Assembly (NCBI GenBank): GCA_965541615.1
Contig: CBEUCJ010000003.1
Location: 107,830 to 131,829 of the forward strand
DNA length: 24,000 nucleotides
DNA from: an uncultured bacterium
Lineage (GTDB): Bacteria; Omnitrophota; Gorgyraeia; Duberdicusellales; CBEUCJ01
Direction: 5' to 3'
Shown here: positions 1 to 8,649 of the stretch, piece after piece
Layout of the letters: each line of letters starts with the position of its first letter
Position numbering within the stretch: position 1 is the stretch's first letter
Made by a program: the position numbers and the translations under genes
Notes under the pieces: model-generated
Told to the model about the DNA's origin: nothing
Databases searched by the model: none
Seen by the model: the letters and a program-made list of their open reading frames with translations, nothing else

Positions 1-829
1 TATAGTCTTGATATTTAAAGAGTTCAGCATCACATTTTTTAGCTCTATGTGAAATCTGTATTCCTTCCTTCTTCAACAATTCTATAGTAAGAGTAGAGGC
101 ACCTGCTCCTTCAAAAGCATAAAGACCACAAGAATCTACTTTTATATTACTTCTACCATATTTTTTTAAAAGATATTCACACATTACAGACCTGCAAGAA
201 TTTCCTGTACACACAAAAAGAACATTTTTGGTATCTTTAACTTTTTGAATATCTTCTTTTTTAATAGGACCTTCTCTCAAAATCTCAAATTCTTTATCTT
301 TTACAAAACACACAGTAGAAGCTATACCTATTTGAGGAACCCCAGATTCCACAATTATCTCTACATCTTTACCAAAAACCTCTTCAATCTTAGCAATATC
401 TGTTAAAGGTGCTTGACCTGAAATATTTACAGAAGTAAGAGCTACTGGCTTTGAAAATCTTTCTAAAATTTTTAAAGTAACTTTATCCTTTGGCATCCTA
501 AAAGCTAAGTTTTTTTCATCATCTATTTTGAATACTAATGTTAAAGGACCTGGTAGAAACTCTCTTATTAATTTATATCCCAAAGTGGGCAATGGAAATA
601 AAAATTCTTCAATTTGAGATTTATCAAAGACTGCTACTGGAAAAGGTTTATTTTCAGGCCTCTTTTTTATCTCTGTTAACTTCTTTTTAGCAGATTCATT
701 ATAAAAATCACAACCAAAACCGTAAACTGTCTCTGTGGGTAAAACTACAATTTTTCCTTCTTTTAAGATTGAAACTACTCTTTCTATTTTCTCTTGCTCT
801 AATTCTGAAATTTTTAATATTTTACTCAT
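1..829 (-). CDS. tsaC: L-threonylcarbamoyladenylate synthase (TsaC / YrdC-Sua5 family domain) fused to a C-terminal low-molecular-weight phosphatase (LMW-PTP / YwlE-like) domain; the 3' end runs off the window
   Basis: Absent from the ORF track because the frame stays open to the window edge. My translation from the ATG at 829..827 reads MSKILKISELEQEKIERVVSILKEGKIVVLPTETVYGFGCD...KKRPENKPFPV...LPGPLTLVF...RMP...GIASTV...ILREGPI, which are YrdC/Sua5 fold motifs. From about nt 229 downward it continues KNVLFVCTGNSCRSVMCEYLLKK, the CX5R(S/T) P-loop of LMW phosphatases. The ATG overlaps the purE stop (ATGAGTAA). Confidence 0.85.
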   Translation of the reverse strand, partial: MSKILKISELEQEKIERVVSILKEGKIVVLPTETVYGFGCDFYNESAKKKLTEIKKRPENKPFPVAVFDKSQIEEFLFPLPTLGYKLIREFLPGPLTLVFKIDDEKNLAFRMPKDKVTLKILERFSKPVALTSVNISGQAPLTDIAKIEEVFGKDVEIIVESGVPQIGIASTVCFVKDKEFEILREGPIKKEDIQKVKDTKNVLFVCTGNSCRSVMCEYLLKKYGRSNIKVDSCGLYAFEGAGASTLTIELLKKEGIQISHRAKKCDAELFKYQDY

Positions 830-1304
830 TTATTTTAGTGTTTTGTTTGGCAACCTCTTTCTCAATCTCTTTCTTGAAATTATTAAGCTTTTCTTTAAGA
901 GAAGAATTATTTAAAGCTAAGATTTTTAAAGCACAATATCCTGCATTTAAAGCTCCGTCTTTGCCTATACCACTGGTTACCACTCCTGTATTTTTAGGTA
1001 ATTGAGCAATACTTAGTAAAGAATCTAAACCATCTAAAAAATCACTCTTTAAAGGAACTCCTATCACAGGAAGATCAGTTAAAGCAGATATTACCCCAGG
1101 CAATGCTGCAGACTTACCAGCAAAAGCAATGAATAACTTTACTTCTTTTTCAGCTTTCTTTACATACTTTTCTAAAAGTTTTAAAGACCTATGGCAAGAT
1201 AAAACTTTTACTTCACATTCTACTCCAAATTTTTCCAAAAATTCTTTACATTTAAAGACTACTTCCTTATCAGAGATACTTCCCATTACCAAACTTACTT
1301 TCAT
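822..1304 (-). CDS. purE: PurE family protein (N5-CAIR mutase or AIR carboxylase; class uncertain)
   Basis: 160 aa. PurE-like blocks: VMGSISD, SCHRS, FAGKSAALPGV, LPVIGVPL, LDGLDSLLSIAQLP. AGGAGG SD lies upstream of the ATG at 1304. Confidence 0.9.
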   Translation of the reverse strand: MKVSLVMGSISDKEVVFKCKEFLEKFGVECEVKVLSCHRSLKLLEKYVKKAEKEVKLFIAFAGKSAALPGVISALTDLPVIGVPLKSDFLDGLDSLLSIAQLPKNTGVVTSGIGKDGALNAGYCALKILALNNSSLKEKLNNFKKEIEKEVAKQNTKINE

Positions 1305-1319
1305 AAACTCTCCTCCTTT

Positions 1320-2597
1320 TTATACTTTTTTATCTATTACTTTCTTGGCAATATCTGTTCTGTAATACATATTCTCAAAATAAATTTCTTTTACTGCCCT
1401 GTAAACCTTCTCATAAGTAGATTTAAAATCTTTATCTAAAGCACAAACATTTAGGACTCTTCCTCCATTCGTTAAAAATTTAGAATCAGCTTTTTTTGTG
1501 CCTGCATGAAAGATTATAATGTCTTTTGTATCTTTAAACTTTTCTAACCCTTTAATCTCAAATCCCTTTTCATATTTTAAAGGATAACCTTTTGAAGCTA
1601 AAACTACACAAATACACTTTCTCTCATCCCACCTCATTTTGTAATTCTCTAACTCACCTTTTACAGATTTAATAACTATCTCTAAAAGATCATTATTTAA
1701 TCTGGGTAATATGCTTTGAGTTTCAGGATCTCCAAATCTTACATTAAATTCTAAAACATAAACTCCTAAATTAGTAAGCATTAAACCTGCATATAAAACC
1801 CCTTTAAAAGGCGTTACATCTTTATACATACCTTGCAGTGTCTTTTTTATAATATTTTCTTTTATTTCTTCAAATAATTGTGGTGTAACAAAAGGTGTAG
1901 GTGAATAAGCTCCCATTCCTCCTGTATTAGGACCTTTATCGCCATCATATATTTTTTTATGGTCTTGAGAAGGAGAAAAACAAACAAAATTTTTTCCATC
2001 AGAAACTGCTAAAACACTAAGTTCAGTTCCCTCTAAAAACTCTTCTATTACTACTTTTTTGCCAGCATCTCCAAATATCCTATCTAACATTATTTCTTTT
2101 AAAACTTTCTTTGAAGTCTCCAAATCCTCACATACAACTGAACCCTTTCCTGCACATAAACCATCTGCTTTTATAACTAAAGGATGAGACTCATTCTCTA
2201 TGTATTTAAGAGCTTCTTCATAACTATCAAAAATTCTGAATTTAGGGACCAAAACTTTCCATCTTTTTAACATCTCTTTACAGAAAGCTTTGCTTGCTTC
2301 TAATAAAGCTGCTTCTTTTTTAGGTCCAAATATACATAATTTTTCTTTTTCAAAAATATCTACTATACCTTCAGCTAAAGGAGCTTCAGGACCTACAAGG
2401 GTTAGGTCTATTTTATTATCATACGCAAATCTTACTAATCCTTCTAAATCTAAAGGAGAAATATTTACACATTCTGCATCTTGAGCTATTCCTCCATTTC
2501 CTGGAGCACACCAAATTTTTTTAACAGATTTAGATTTTTTAAGTTTCCATACCAAACAATGTTCTCTTCCTCCACCTCCTATTACAAAGACTTTCAT
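1320..2597 (-). CDS. purD: Phosphoribosylamine-glycine ligase
   Basis: 425 aa. Starts MKVFVIGGGGREH and has an ATP-grasp core (GLCAGKGV-like, GPNTGGMGAYSP, EFNVRFGDPE). GGAGGT SD lies upstream. Confidence 0.95.
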   Translation of the reverse strand: MKVFVIGGGGREHCLVWKLKKSKSVKKIWCAPGNGGIAQDAECVNISPLDLEGLVRFAYDNKIDLTLVGPEAPLAEGIVDIFEKEKLCIFGPKKEAALLEASKAFCKEMLKRWKVLVPKFRIFDSYEEALKYIENESHPLVIKADGLCAGKGSVVCEDLETSKKVLKEIMLDRIFGDAGKKVVIEEFLEGTELSVLAVSDGKNFVCFSPSQDHKKIYDGDKGPNTGGMGAYSPTPFVTPQLFEEIKENIIKKTLQGMYKDVTPFKGVLYAGLMLTNLGVYVLEFNVRFGDPETQSILPRLNNDLLEIVIKSVKGELENYKMRWDERKCICVVLASKGYPLKYEKGFEIKGLEKFKDTKDIIIFHAGTKKADSKFLTNGGRVLNVCALDKDFKSTYEKVYRAVKEIYFENMYYRTDIAKKVIDKKV

Positions 2598-2616
2598 AAA
2601 AGACCCGACCTCCTTT

Positions 2617-3591
2617 TTATCTTAGTATAACTTCTTTTGCTTTTATTACCTCTCCTATTACATAACAATCTAAATTTATATTTTTAAAAAATTTAAATAT
2701 ATCTTTTACTGATTTTTGGCTTACAATCAAAATGAAACCTATTCCCATATTAAAAACTCTGTACATTTCTTTGTCTTCAATTTTTCCTTTTTCCTGAATC
2801 ATCTTAAATATTTTAGGAACAGGCCAATTTTTTTTATAAAAAACAAAACTTAAACCTTCTGGTAACACTTTTGGAGCTTTAATTAAAAAAGCTCCTCCTG
2901 TAATATGGGCTAAGCCTTTTATCTTTTTTTTAAATTTTCTGAGAGCTGCTAAAACTTCTTTAACATATATTCTGGTGGGTGTAAGTAATTCTTTTTTATA
3001 TTTTAAGATTTCAGGTTTAGTAAAAACTTTTCTTACTAAAGAAAAACCATTTGAATGTAAACCAGATGACTTTAATCCCAAAACTAAATCTCCTTCTTTT
3101 ATATTAGAAGGTGAAACCAAATCTTTCTTTTTTACCAATCCTACACAAAACCCTGCTAAATCATACTCACCTTTTTTGTAAACCCCTGGCATCTCAGCAG
3201 TCTCTCCTCCTGCTAAAATACACGTAGCTTCTTTACAACCTGTAACTATCCCTCTCATAATTTCTTTTAAAACTTTGAGTTCTACTTTATTAAAAGCTAT
3301 ATAATCTAAAAATACACAAGGCTTTGCTCCTGTACAGATAATATCATTAACATTCATAGCTACTAAATCTATACCTATTGGATAATGTATGTTTAACTCT
3401 TGAGCTATTTTTATTTTTGTTCCTACTCCATCACAACTCAAAACCAAAAAAGTATTTTTATTTAAAGGAAAAAGAGAGGCAAAAGCTCTAAAAGGATTTT
3501 TAAAACTCACTTCTTTTGAAATTTTTTTGATCTCTTTTAAAAATCTTTCTGCTTTATTTAAATCCACTCCTGCTTTTTTATAAGTAATCAT
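2617..3591 (-). CDS. purM: Phosphoribosylformylglycinamidine cyclo-ligase (AIR synthetase)
   Basis: 324 aa. YKKAGVD start, DGVGTK, VAMNVNDI and GGETAEMPGVY motifs. 4-nt overlap with the purF stop. Confidence 0.95.
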   Translation of the reverse strand: MITYKKAGVDLNKAERFLKEIKKISKEVSFKNPFRAFASLFPLNKNTFLVLSCDGVGTKIKIAQELNIHYPIGIDLVAMNVNDIICTGAKPCVFLDYIAFNKVELKVLKEIMRGIVTGCKEATCILAGGETAEMPGVYKKGEYDLAGFCVGLVKKKDLVSPSNIKEGDLVLGLKSSGLHSNGFSLVRKVFTKPEILKYKKELLTPTRIYVKEVLAALRKFKKKIKGLAHITGGAFLIKAPKVLPEGLSFVFYKKNWPVPKIFKMIQEKGKIEDKEMYRVFNMGIGFILIVSQKSVKDIFKFFKNINLDCYVIGEVIKAKEVILR

Positions 3592-4988
3592 CTTTCCAAT
3601 AGAAATTTATCTGCAGATTTAAATTTAACAGGATAATTTCCTGTAAAACAAGCAACACAATAATCTTCCTTTCTAAATTTCACGCAAGACAACATACCTT
3701 CTAAACTCAAATAACCTAAAGTATCTACATCTAAAAACTTCCTTATCTCTTCTAAAGAACAGTTGTTAGCTATTAGTTCTTTCTGTGAAGGAAAATCTAT
3801 TCCATAAAAACAGGGAAACTTATGAGGAGGACAAGAGATTCTTAGATGGACTTCTTTTGCTCCCAATTCTCTGAATTGTTTTATTCTCTTTTTAGAAGTA
3901 GTCCCTCTTACAATAGAATCGTCTACAATTACTACTCTTTTACCTTTTATTACCTCTTTTAAAATATTGAACTTAACTCTTACCCCTAAATCTCTTATTT
4001 TTTGATGAGGCTGAATAAAAGTCCTTCCTACATAATGATTTCTAATAATTCCGATTTCTAAAGGAATCTTTGAAAAATGACTAAAACCTAAAGCTGCTGA
4101 ATTTCCTGAATCTGGAACTCCTATCACAAAATCTGCTTCTACTGGATGCTCAAAAGCTAACCTCTCTCCTAACTTTTGTCTTACCAAATGCACTGTTTCT
4201 CCAAAGATTACAGAATCTGGTCTTGCAAAGTATATGTGTTCAAATATACAAAAAGCTTTTCTTTTAGTCTCTTTAAAAGGTTTATAAGAATGCAAACCAT
4301 CTTTATCTATTACTACTATCTCACCAGGTAGAACTTCTCTTATGAAATCTGCCTCTATTAAATCTAAAGCACATGTTTCTGAAGCTAAACACAGACTTGA
4401 ATCTTTTTTGCCAATACAAAGAGGTCTAAAACCTAAAGGGTCTCTTACACCTATTATCCTCTTTTCATCCATCAATAACAAAGAATAAGCTCCTTTAACT
4501 TTACTTAAAGCATAAATCAACTTCTCTATTAAATCGTGTTTCTTGCATCTTAACATTAAATGAAGGATTATTTCTGAATCTGAACTCGTCTGAAAAATTG
4601 CTCCTTGAGATTCTAACTTTTCTCTTAATTCCAAAGAATTTACTAAATTTCCATTATGAGCTATAGCTAAACTCCCTTTTAGATAATCTACAAATAAAGG
4701 TTGAGCGTTTCTAATGTGTGAAGAGCCTGTTGTAGAATATCTTACATGACCTATAGCAAAATGACCTTTAAGATTTTTAAGATTCTCTTCATTGAATACA
4801 TCAGAAACCAAACCCATTCCTTTATGGACAAAAAATCTTTTCCCATCACAAGATACTATTCCACAAGACTCTTCGCCTCTATGCTGAAGAGCATAAAGCC
4901 CTAAAAAAGTAAGGTAACTTGCATTATCTATTCCATAAATTCCAAAAAGACCACAATACTCTTTAGGATAGTAAAGCATCTTTGACAA
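3588..4988 (-). CDS. purF: Amidophosphoribosyltransferase, B. subtilis-like type with propeptide and Fe-S cysteines
   Basis: 466 aa. An 11-residue leader (MSKMLYYPKEY) precedes the Ntn catalytic Cys in CGLFGIYG. PRTase motif VVIVDDSIVRGTT. Cysteines sit in positions typical of 4Fe-4S PurF (CIFEHIYFARPDS, ISCPP, CVACFTGNYP). The start at 4988 is TTG with GGAG 5 nt upstream. Overlaps the purQ 3' end by 26 nt. Confidence 0.95.
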   Translation of the reverse strand: MSKMLYYPKEYCGLFGIYGIDNASYLTFLGLYALQHRGEESCGIVSCDGKRFFVHKGMGLVSDVFNEENLKNLKGHFAIGHVRYSTTGSSHIRNAQPLFVDYLKGSLAIAHNGNLVNSLELREKLESQGAIFQTSSDSEIILHLMLRCKKHDLIEKLIYALSKVKGAYSLLLMDEKRIIGVRDPLGFRPLCIGKKDSSLCLASETCALDLIEADFIREVLPGEIVVIDKDGLHSYKPFKETKRKAFCIFEHIYFARPDSVIFGETVHLVRQKLGERLAFEHPVEADFVIGVPDSGNSAALGFSHFSKIPLEIGIIRNHYVGRTFIQPHQKIRDLGVRVKFNILKEVIKGKRVVIVDDSIVRGTTSKKRIKQFRELGAKEVHLRISCPPHKFPCFYGIDFPSQKELIANNCSLEEIRKFLDVDTLGYLSLEGMLSCVKFRKEDYCVACFTGNYPVKFKSADKFLLER

Positions 4989-5739
4989 ATTTTACTCCGT
5001 TTTTAAAGATTAATAAACCTGGTTCTTCTTTTATCTCTCTTTTTTCAATCCAAAAAGGAGACTGCAAACTAAAACTGTATCTTTCTGGATGAGGCATTAA
5101 ACCTAAGATTTTGCCCTCTCTATCAGTAATTCCTGCAATGTTAAGTATAGAACCATTAGGATTTGCATCTGGAGTTATTTCTCCATTGACATCAGCATAC
5201 TGAAAGACGATTTGAGATTGTATTTGAGAAATAACTTCTTTTTCTGCGCAAAACCTTCCTTCAGCATGAGCTATGGGCAAAGAAATTATTTGAGGTAAAT
5301 CCTTTGTCCAGATGCAATTAGTTTTATTCACTTTTAAATACACCCAAGTATCAATAAACCTTGCACAGGTATTTAAAACTAAACTTACCTTTTGCTCAGA
5401 AAAAGGATAAAAAGGCAATATTCCTGCTTTTACTAAAACTTGAAAACCATTGCATATTCCCAAAATAAGTTTTCCATCATCATAAAATTTTTTAAGATCT
5501 TTGCCTATTAGATATTTTATCTGATTAGCCAATATTCTGCCTGCAGAGATATCATCTCCATAAGTGAATCCTCCAGGAATACAAAGAATATGATAGTTAT
5601 GTAAGAGTTTAGGATTCTCAATTAATCTTTTAATAGACACAAATTCAGATTCAGCTCCTACATAATCAAAACAAAATTTAGTCTCTTTATCACAGTTTGT
5701 GCCAGGTGCTACAAGGATTAAAACCTTAGGTCTTTTCAT
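4963..5739 (-). CDS. purQ: FGAM synthase, glutamine amidotransferase subunit
   Basis: 258 aa. Triad-type GATase motifs GICNGFQ, HAEGRF and MPHPER. Sits 3 nt downstream of purL. Confidence 0.92.
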   Translation of the reverse strand: MKRPKVLILVAPGTNCDKETKFCFDYVGAESEFVSIKRLIENPKLLHNYHILCIPGGFTYGDDISAGRILANQIKYLIGKDLKKFYDDGKLILGICNGFQVLVKAGILPFYPFSEQKVSLVLNTCARFIDTWVYLKVNKTNCIWTKDLPQIISLPIAHAEGRFCAEKEVISQIQSQIVFQYADVNGEITPDANPNGSILNIAGITDREGKILGLMPHPERYSFSLQSPFWIEKREIKEEPGLLIFKNGVKFVKDALLS

Positions 5740-5742
5740 CCT

Positions 5743-8649
5743 TTAAAAATCTTTAAAAGCTTTCTGCCAGGCAGATTCTAATTCTTTGATATCTAAGTCT
5801 ATAATTAATTTTTTATCTAATCCATAAATTTTTAATCTTTTAGAGTCATCTATAAAACCTATCTTTTTGCAAGGTAAATCTTTAAATAATTCTTTGAATT
5901 CAGATTCTGCCTTAAAGTTTACCTCTACTAAAATTCTGGAAGCTGATTCTGAGAAAAGAACTACAAAATCTTTTAATTCTTCTTTCTTTATATCTACTGG
6001 CACTTTGTCTAAAAAAATCGTGCATCCAAAATCAGTACCAAAACACATCTCAGTTAAAGCTACTGCTAATCCTCCTTCTGATAAATCATGACAAGCACAT
6101 ACTAAATCTTTTTGAATAGCCAAAAATAACTTTTCATAAATCTTTTTGGCGAGCTCTGCACAGGGTTTGGGAACATTTTTTCCAATAAAACCTCTTATTC
6201 TGTAGAATTCTGAAGCTCCTAATTCATTCTTTGTAAGACCTAACAAATAAATCAGATTATCTTTTCTTTTAAAATCACTAGATACCACCTTCCTTACATC
6301 TTCTAAAATACCTAATCCACTTATCAAAAGTGTTCCAGGAATAGTTATTCTTAACTCTTCTGATTTATATTCGTTGTTTAAACTGTCCTTTCCAGAGATA
6401 AAAGGAGTCTGCATCTTTAAAGCATAAGTATAGCACCCTTTACAAGCTCTTACCAAATCTCCTAATATTAGAGGGTCAGCAGGACTTGCCCAGCTAAAAT
6501 TATCTAACAAAAATATCTTAGCAGGATCTGTTCCCACACAGACTAAATTTCTAATAGCTTCATCTATTGCGTTTTGAGCCATATAGTAAGGGTCTATATC
6601 TGAATAAAAGGGATTTATTCCACAAGAGAGTGCTATTCCTTTCCAAGAGTCTAAAGAAATTCTGATCACTGAAGAATCTTGTGGAGATTTAAATATTTTC
6701 ATCAGAGGCTTTAAAACACTTAAGGCTTTTACTTCGTGATCATATTGAGAGATTATCTTTTCTTTTGAGGCTATGTTAAATGAACTCAGGAGTTTCAACA
6801 ACTCTTGATTATAATCTAAATCTTCTGGTATTTGAGGTTCTGGAAACTCTCTTTTTTTAAAGATAGCTTTCAGATGTTTTTTGGGTCTTTTTTCATATAA
6901 AAACTCTGTATCTAACTCACAGACTTTTTCTCCTTTATAAAAAAGTTCTACTTTTTTGGTGTTAGTTACTTCTCCTATTACAGTTAACTCCACAGATTCA
7001 GCTTCAAATATCTTTTTTAACTCCTCCAGATCTTTAGGAGAAACGATTATTATCATTCTTTCTTGAGATTCAGATATCCAGATTTCAGTGTAAGATAAAC
7101 CTTTATATTTTAAAGGGACTTTTTCTAAATAGACTCTGCAACCTGTGTGTTGAGTTGTTTCGCCCACTGCACTCGATAACCCCCCTCCTCCACAATCAGT
7201 TATACTTTTTATCAAACCTCTATCTCTTGCAGTCAAAATAGCTTGAGTAAGCTTTTTTTCCTCAATAGGATTTCCTATTTGAACTGCACCTTGAGAAATC
7301 CTAAAAGAATCTGTATCTAAAGTATCTGAAGAAAAGGTAGCTCCATGAATGCCATCTCTTCCAGTTCTGCCCCCAACCAAAACTATTAGATCTCCTTCAT
7401 CTACTTTTTTTTGTACAAATTTTTTTGGTATTAATCCTACACATCCACAATAGACCAATGGATTTGCTGTAAATCTTTTATCGAATAAAACTGCTCCTGA
7501 AATGGTAGGGATTCCCATTCTATTTCCATAGTCTCTTACACCACTTACCACTCCTTTCATTATTCTTTTAGGGTGTAAAACTCCTTTTGGCAGTTCTTTA
7601 AAATCTGTGTTAGGTAAACCAAAGCAAAAAACATCTGTTAAAGCTACTGGTTCTGCACCACAACCTGCACCTAAAATATCTCTTATTACTCCTCCAATAC
7701 CAGTTGAAGCTCCTCCATAAGGTTCTAAACTTGAAGGATGATTGTGAGTCTCTACTTTAAAACATACACACAGATTTTCATCTATACTTACAATACCTGC
7801 ATTATCTTTAAATACACTTACGCACTCAGGTTTATTTAAAGTAGAGGTGACTCTCATTATGTAAGTTTGTAATAAATTGTCTATTATTTCTTTCTTGGGT
7901 TCTGTGATGATCTCTGTATATTCGATTAAACCTTTAAAAGTCTTATGTACACAATGCTCAGACCAAGTTTGAGCTATCATCTCTAATTCACAATCTGTTG
8001 GGTCTCTATTAAGAGTTATAAAGTATTCTTTGATCTTTCTCATCTCTTCTAAATCTAAATTCAATTGAGCTTTTTTACTAAGTTCTAATAATTGTTTATC
8101 TTCTGCTTTTCTTATAGGAACCTTAATTAGTCTAAAATCATACTCAACATTTAAAAACTCTTTAAGGCTCTTTATCTTTTGGGCTTTATCAGATGTTAAT
8201 ATATGCTCTATTAAGGGATTAAAAAGGAGTCTTTCTTTTATAAATTCTAATTCTTTAGAATCCAAATCTCCTTTTAATATATATTTTTTAAAAGTTCTGA
8301 CTTCTAAATCTTTTTTTATTCCTAAATCTTTTATAGCTGTTTTTAAAGATTCGGTCTCTGGGTCTGTTACTCCTGGATTGTAAAATACTCTGAAGATAAA
8401 CTCTCTTTTCTTTTCTTTTTCAAAGAATGGAAATTCGTAAATTTGATAATTTTGAGTTATAGGACATGCCAAAATCTGTGAAGAAATCTGTTCTATTTCT
8501 TTAGAATCTAAATCTCCTTCTATTAGATAACCTTTTTTAAATTCTACTTGTATATCTTTTTTTATTCCTAAGTCTTTTATAGATTCTTTTAAAGAGATAG
8601 CTATTGGGTTCTGATAATCTTTTTCTCCTATCTCTATCTGCCAGAGCAT
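5743..8649 (-). CDS. purL: FGAM synthase subunit PurL with two tandem N-terminal PurS-like modules ((PurS)2-PurL fusion)
   Basis: 968 aa. Residues ~170-968 are small-type PurL (DPTDCELEMIAQTWSEHCVHKTF, ETHNHPS, GGRTGRDGIHGATFSS). Residues 1-~155 are two ~75-aa PurS-like repeats. The start codon directly abuts the purB stop. Confidence 0.93.
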   Translation of the reverse strand: MLWQIEIGEKDYQNPIAISLKESIKDLGIKKDIQVEFKKGYLIEGDLDSKEIEQISSQILACPITQNYQIYEFPFFEKEKKREFIFRVFYNPGVTDPETESLKTAIKDLGIKKDLEVRTFKKYILKGDLDSKELEFIKERLLFNPLIEHILTSDKAQKIKSLKEFLNVEYDFRLIKVPIRKAEDKQLLELSKKAQLNLDLEEMRKIKEYFITLNRDPTDCELEMIAQTWSEHCVHKTFKGLIEYTEIITEPKKEIIDNLLQTYIMRVTSTLNKPECVSVFKDNAGIVSIDENLCVCFKVETHNHPSSLEPYGGASTGIGGVIRDILGAGCGAEPVALTDVFCFGLPNTDFKELPKGVLHPKRIMKGVVSGVRDYGNRMGIPTISGAVLFDKRFTANPLVYCGCVGLIPKKFVQKKVDEGDLIVLVGGRTGRDGIHGATFSSDTLDTDSFRISQGAVQIGNPIEEKKLTQAILTARDRGLIKSITDCGGGGLSSAVGETTQHTGCRVYLEKVPLKYKGLSYTEIWISESQERMIIIVSPKDLEELKKIFEAESVELTVIGEVTNTKKVELFYKGEKVCELDTEFLYEKRPKKHLKAIFKKREFPEPQIPEDLDYNQELLKLLSSFNIASKEKIISQYDHEVKALSVLKPLMKIFKSPQDSSVIRISLDSWKGIALSCGINPFYSDIDPYYMAQNAIDEAIRNLVCVGTDPAKIFLLDNFSWASPADPLILGDLVRACKGCYTYALKMQTPFISGKDSLNNEYKSEELRITIPGTLLISGLGILEDVRKVVSSDFKRKDNLIYLLGLTKNELGASEFYRIRGFIGKNVPKPCAELAKKIYEKLFLAIQKDLVCACHDLSEGGLAVALTEMCFGTDFGCTIFLDKVPVDIKKEELKDFVVLFSESASRILVEVNFKAESEFKELFKDLPCKKIGFIDDSKRLKIYGLDKKLIIDLDIKELESAWQKAFKDF
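8185..8649 (-). repeat. Internal tandem duplication encoding two PurS-like modules (offset 82 codons)
   Basis: SLKESIKDLGIKKDIQVEFKKGYLIEGDLDSKEIEQI (from residue 19) matches SLKTAIKDLGIKKDLEVRTFKKYILKGDLDSKELEFI (from residue 101). The similarity is also visible in the DNA (the ttttttattcctaa[a/g]tcttttatag blocks near 8314-8336 and 8559-8582). Confidence 0.85.

Noticed and set aside
769-1365. Two 78-aa plus-strand ORFs (769-1005 and 1129-1365)
   Set aside because: These are shadow ORFs antisense to tsaC, purE and purD. They are Phe/Leu/Ser-rich low-complexity products in an AT-rich frame with no start signals.
2290-6091. Plus-strand ORFs 2290-2484, 2975-3181 and 5867-6091
   Set aside because: All are fully nested antisense to purD, purM and purL, whose identities are unambiguous. 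No independent support exists.
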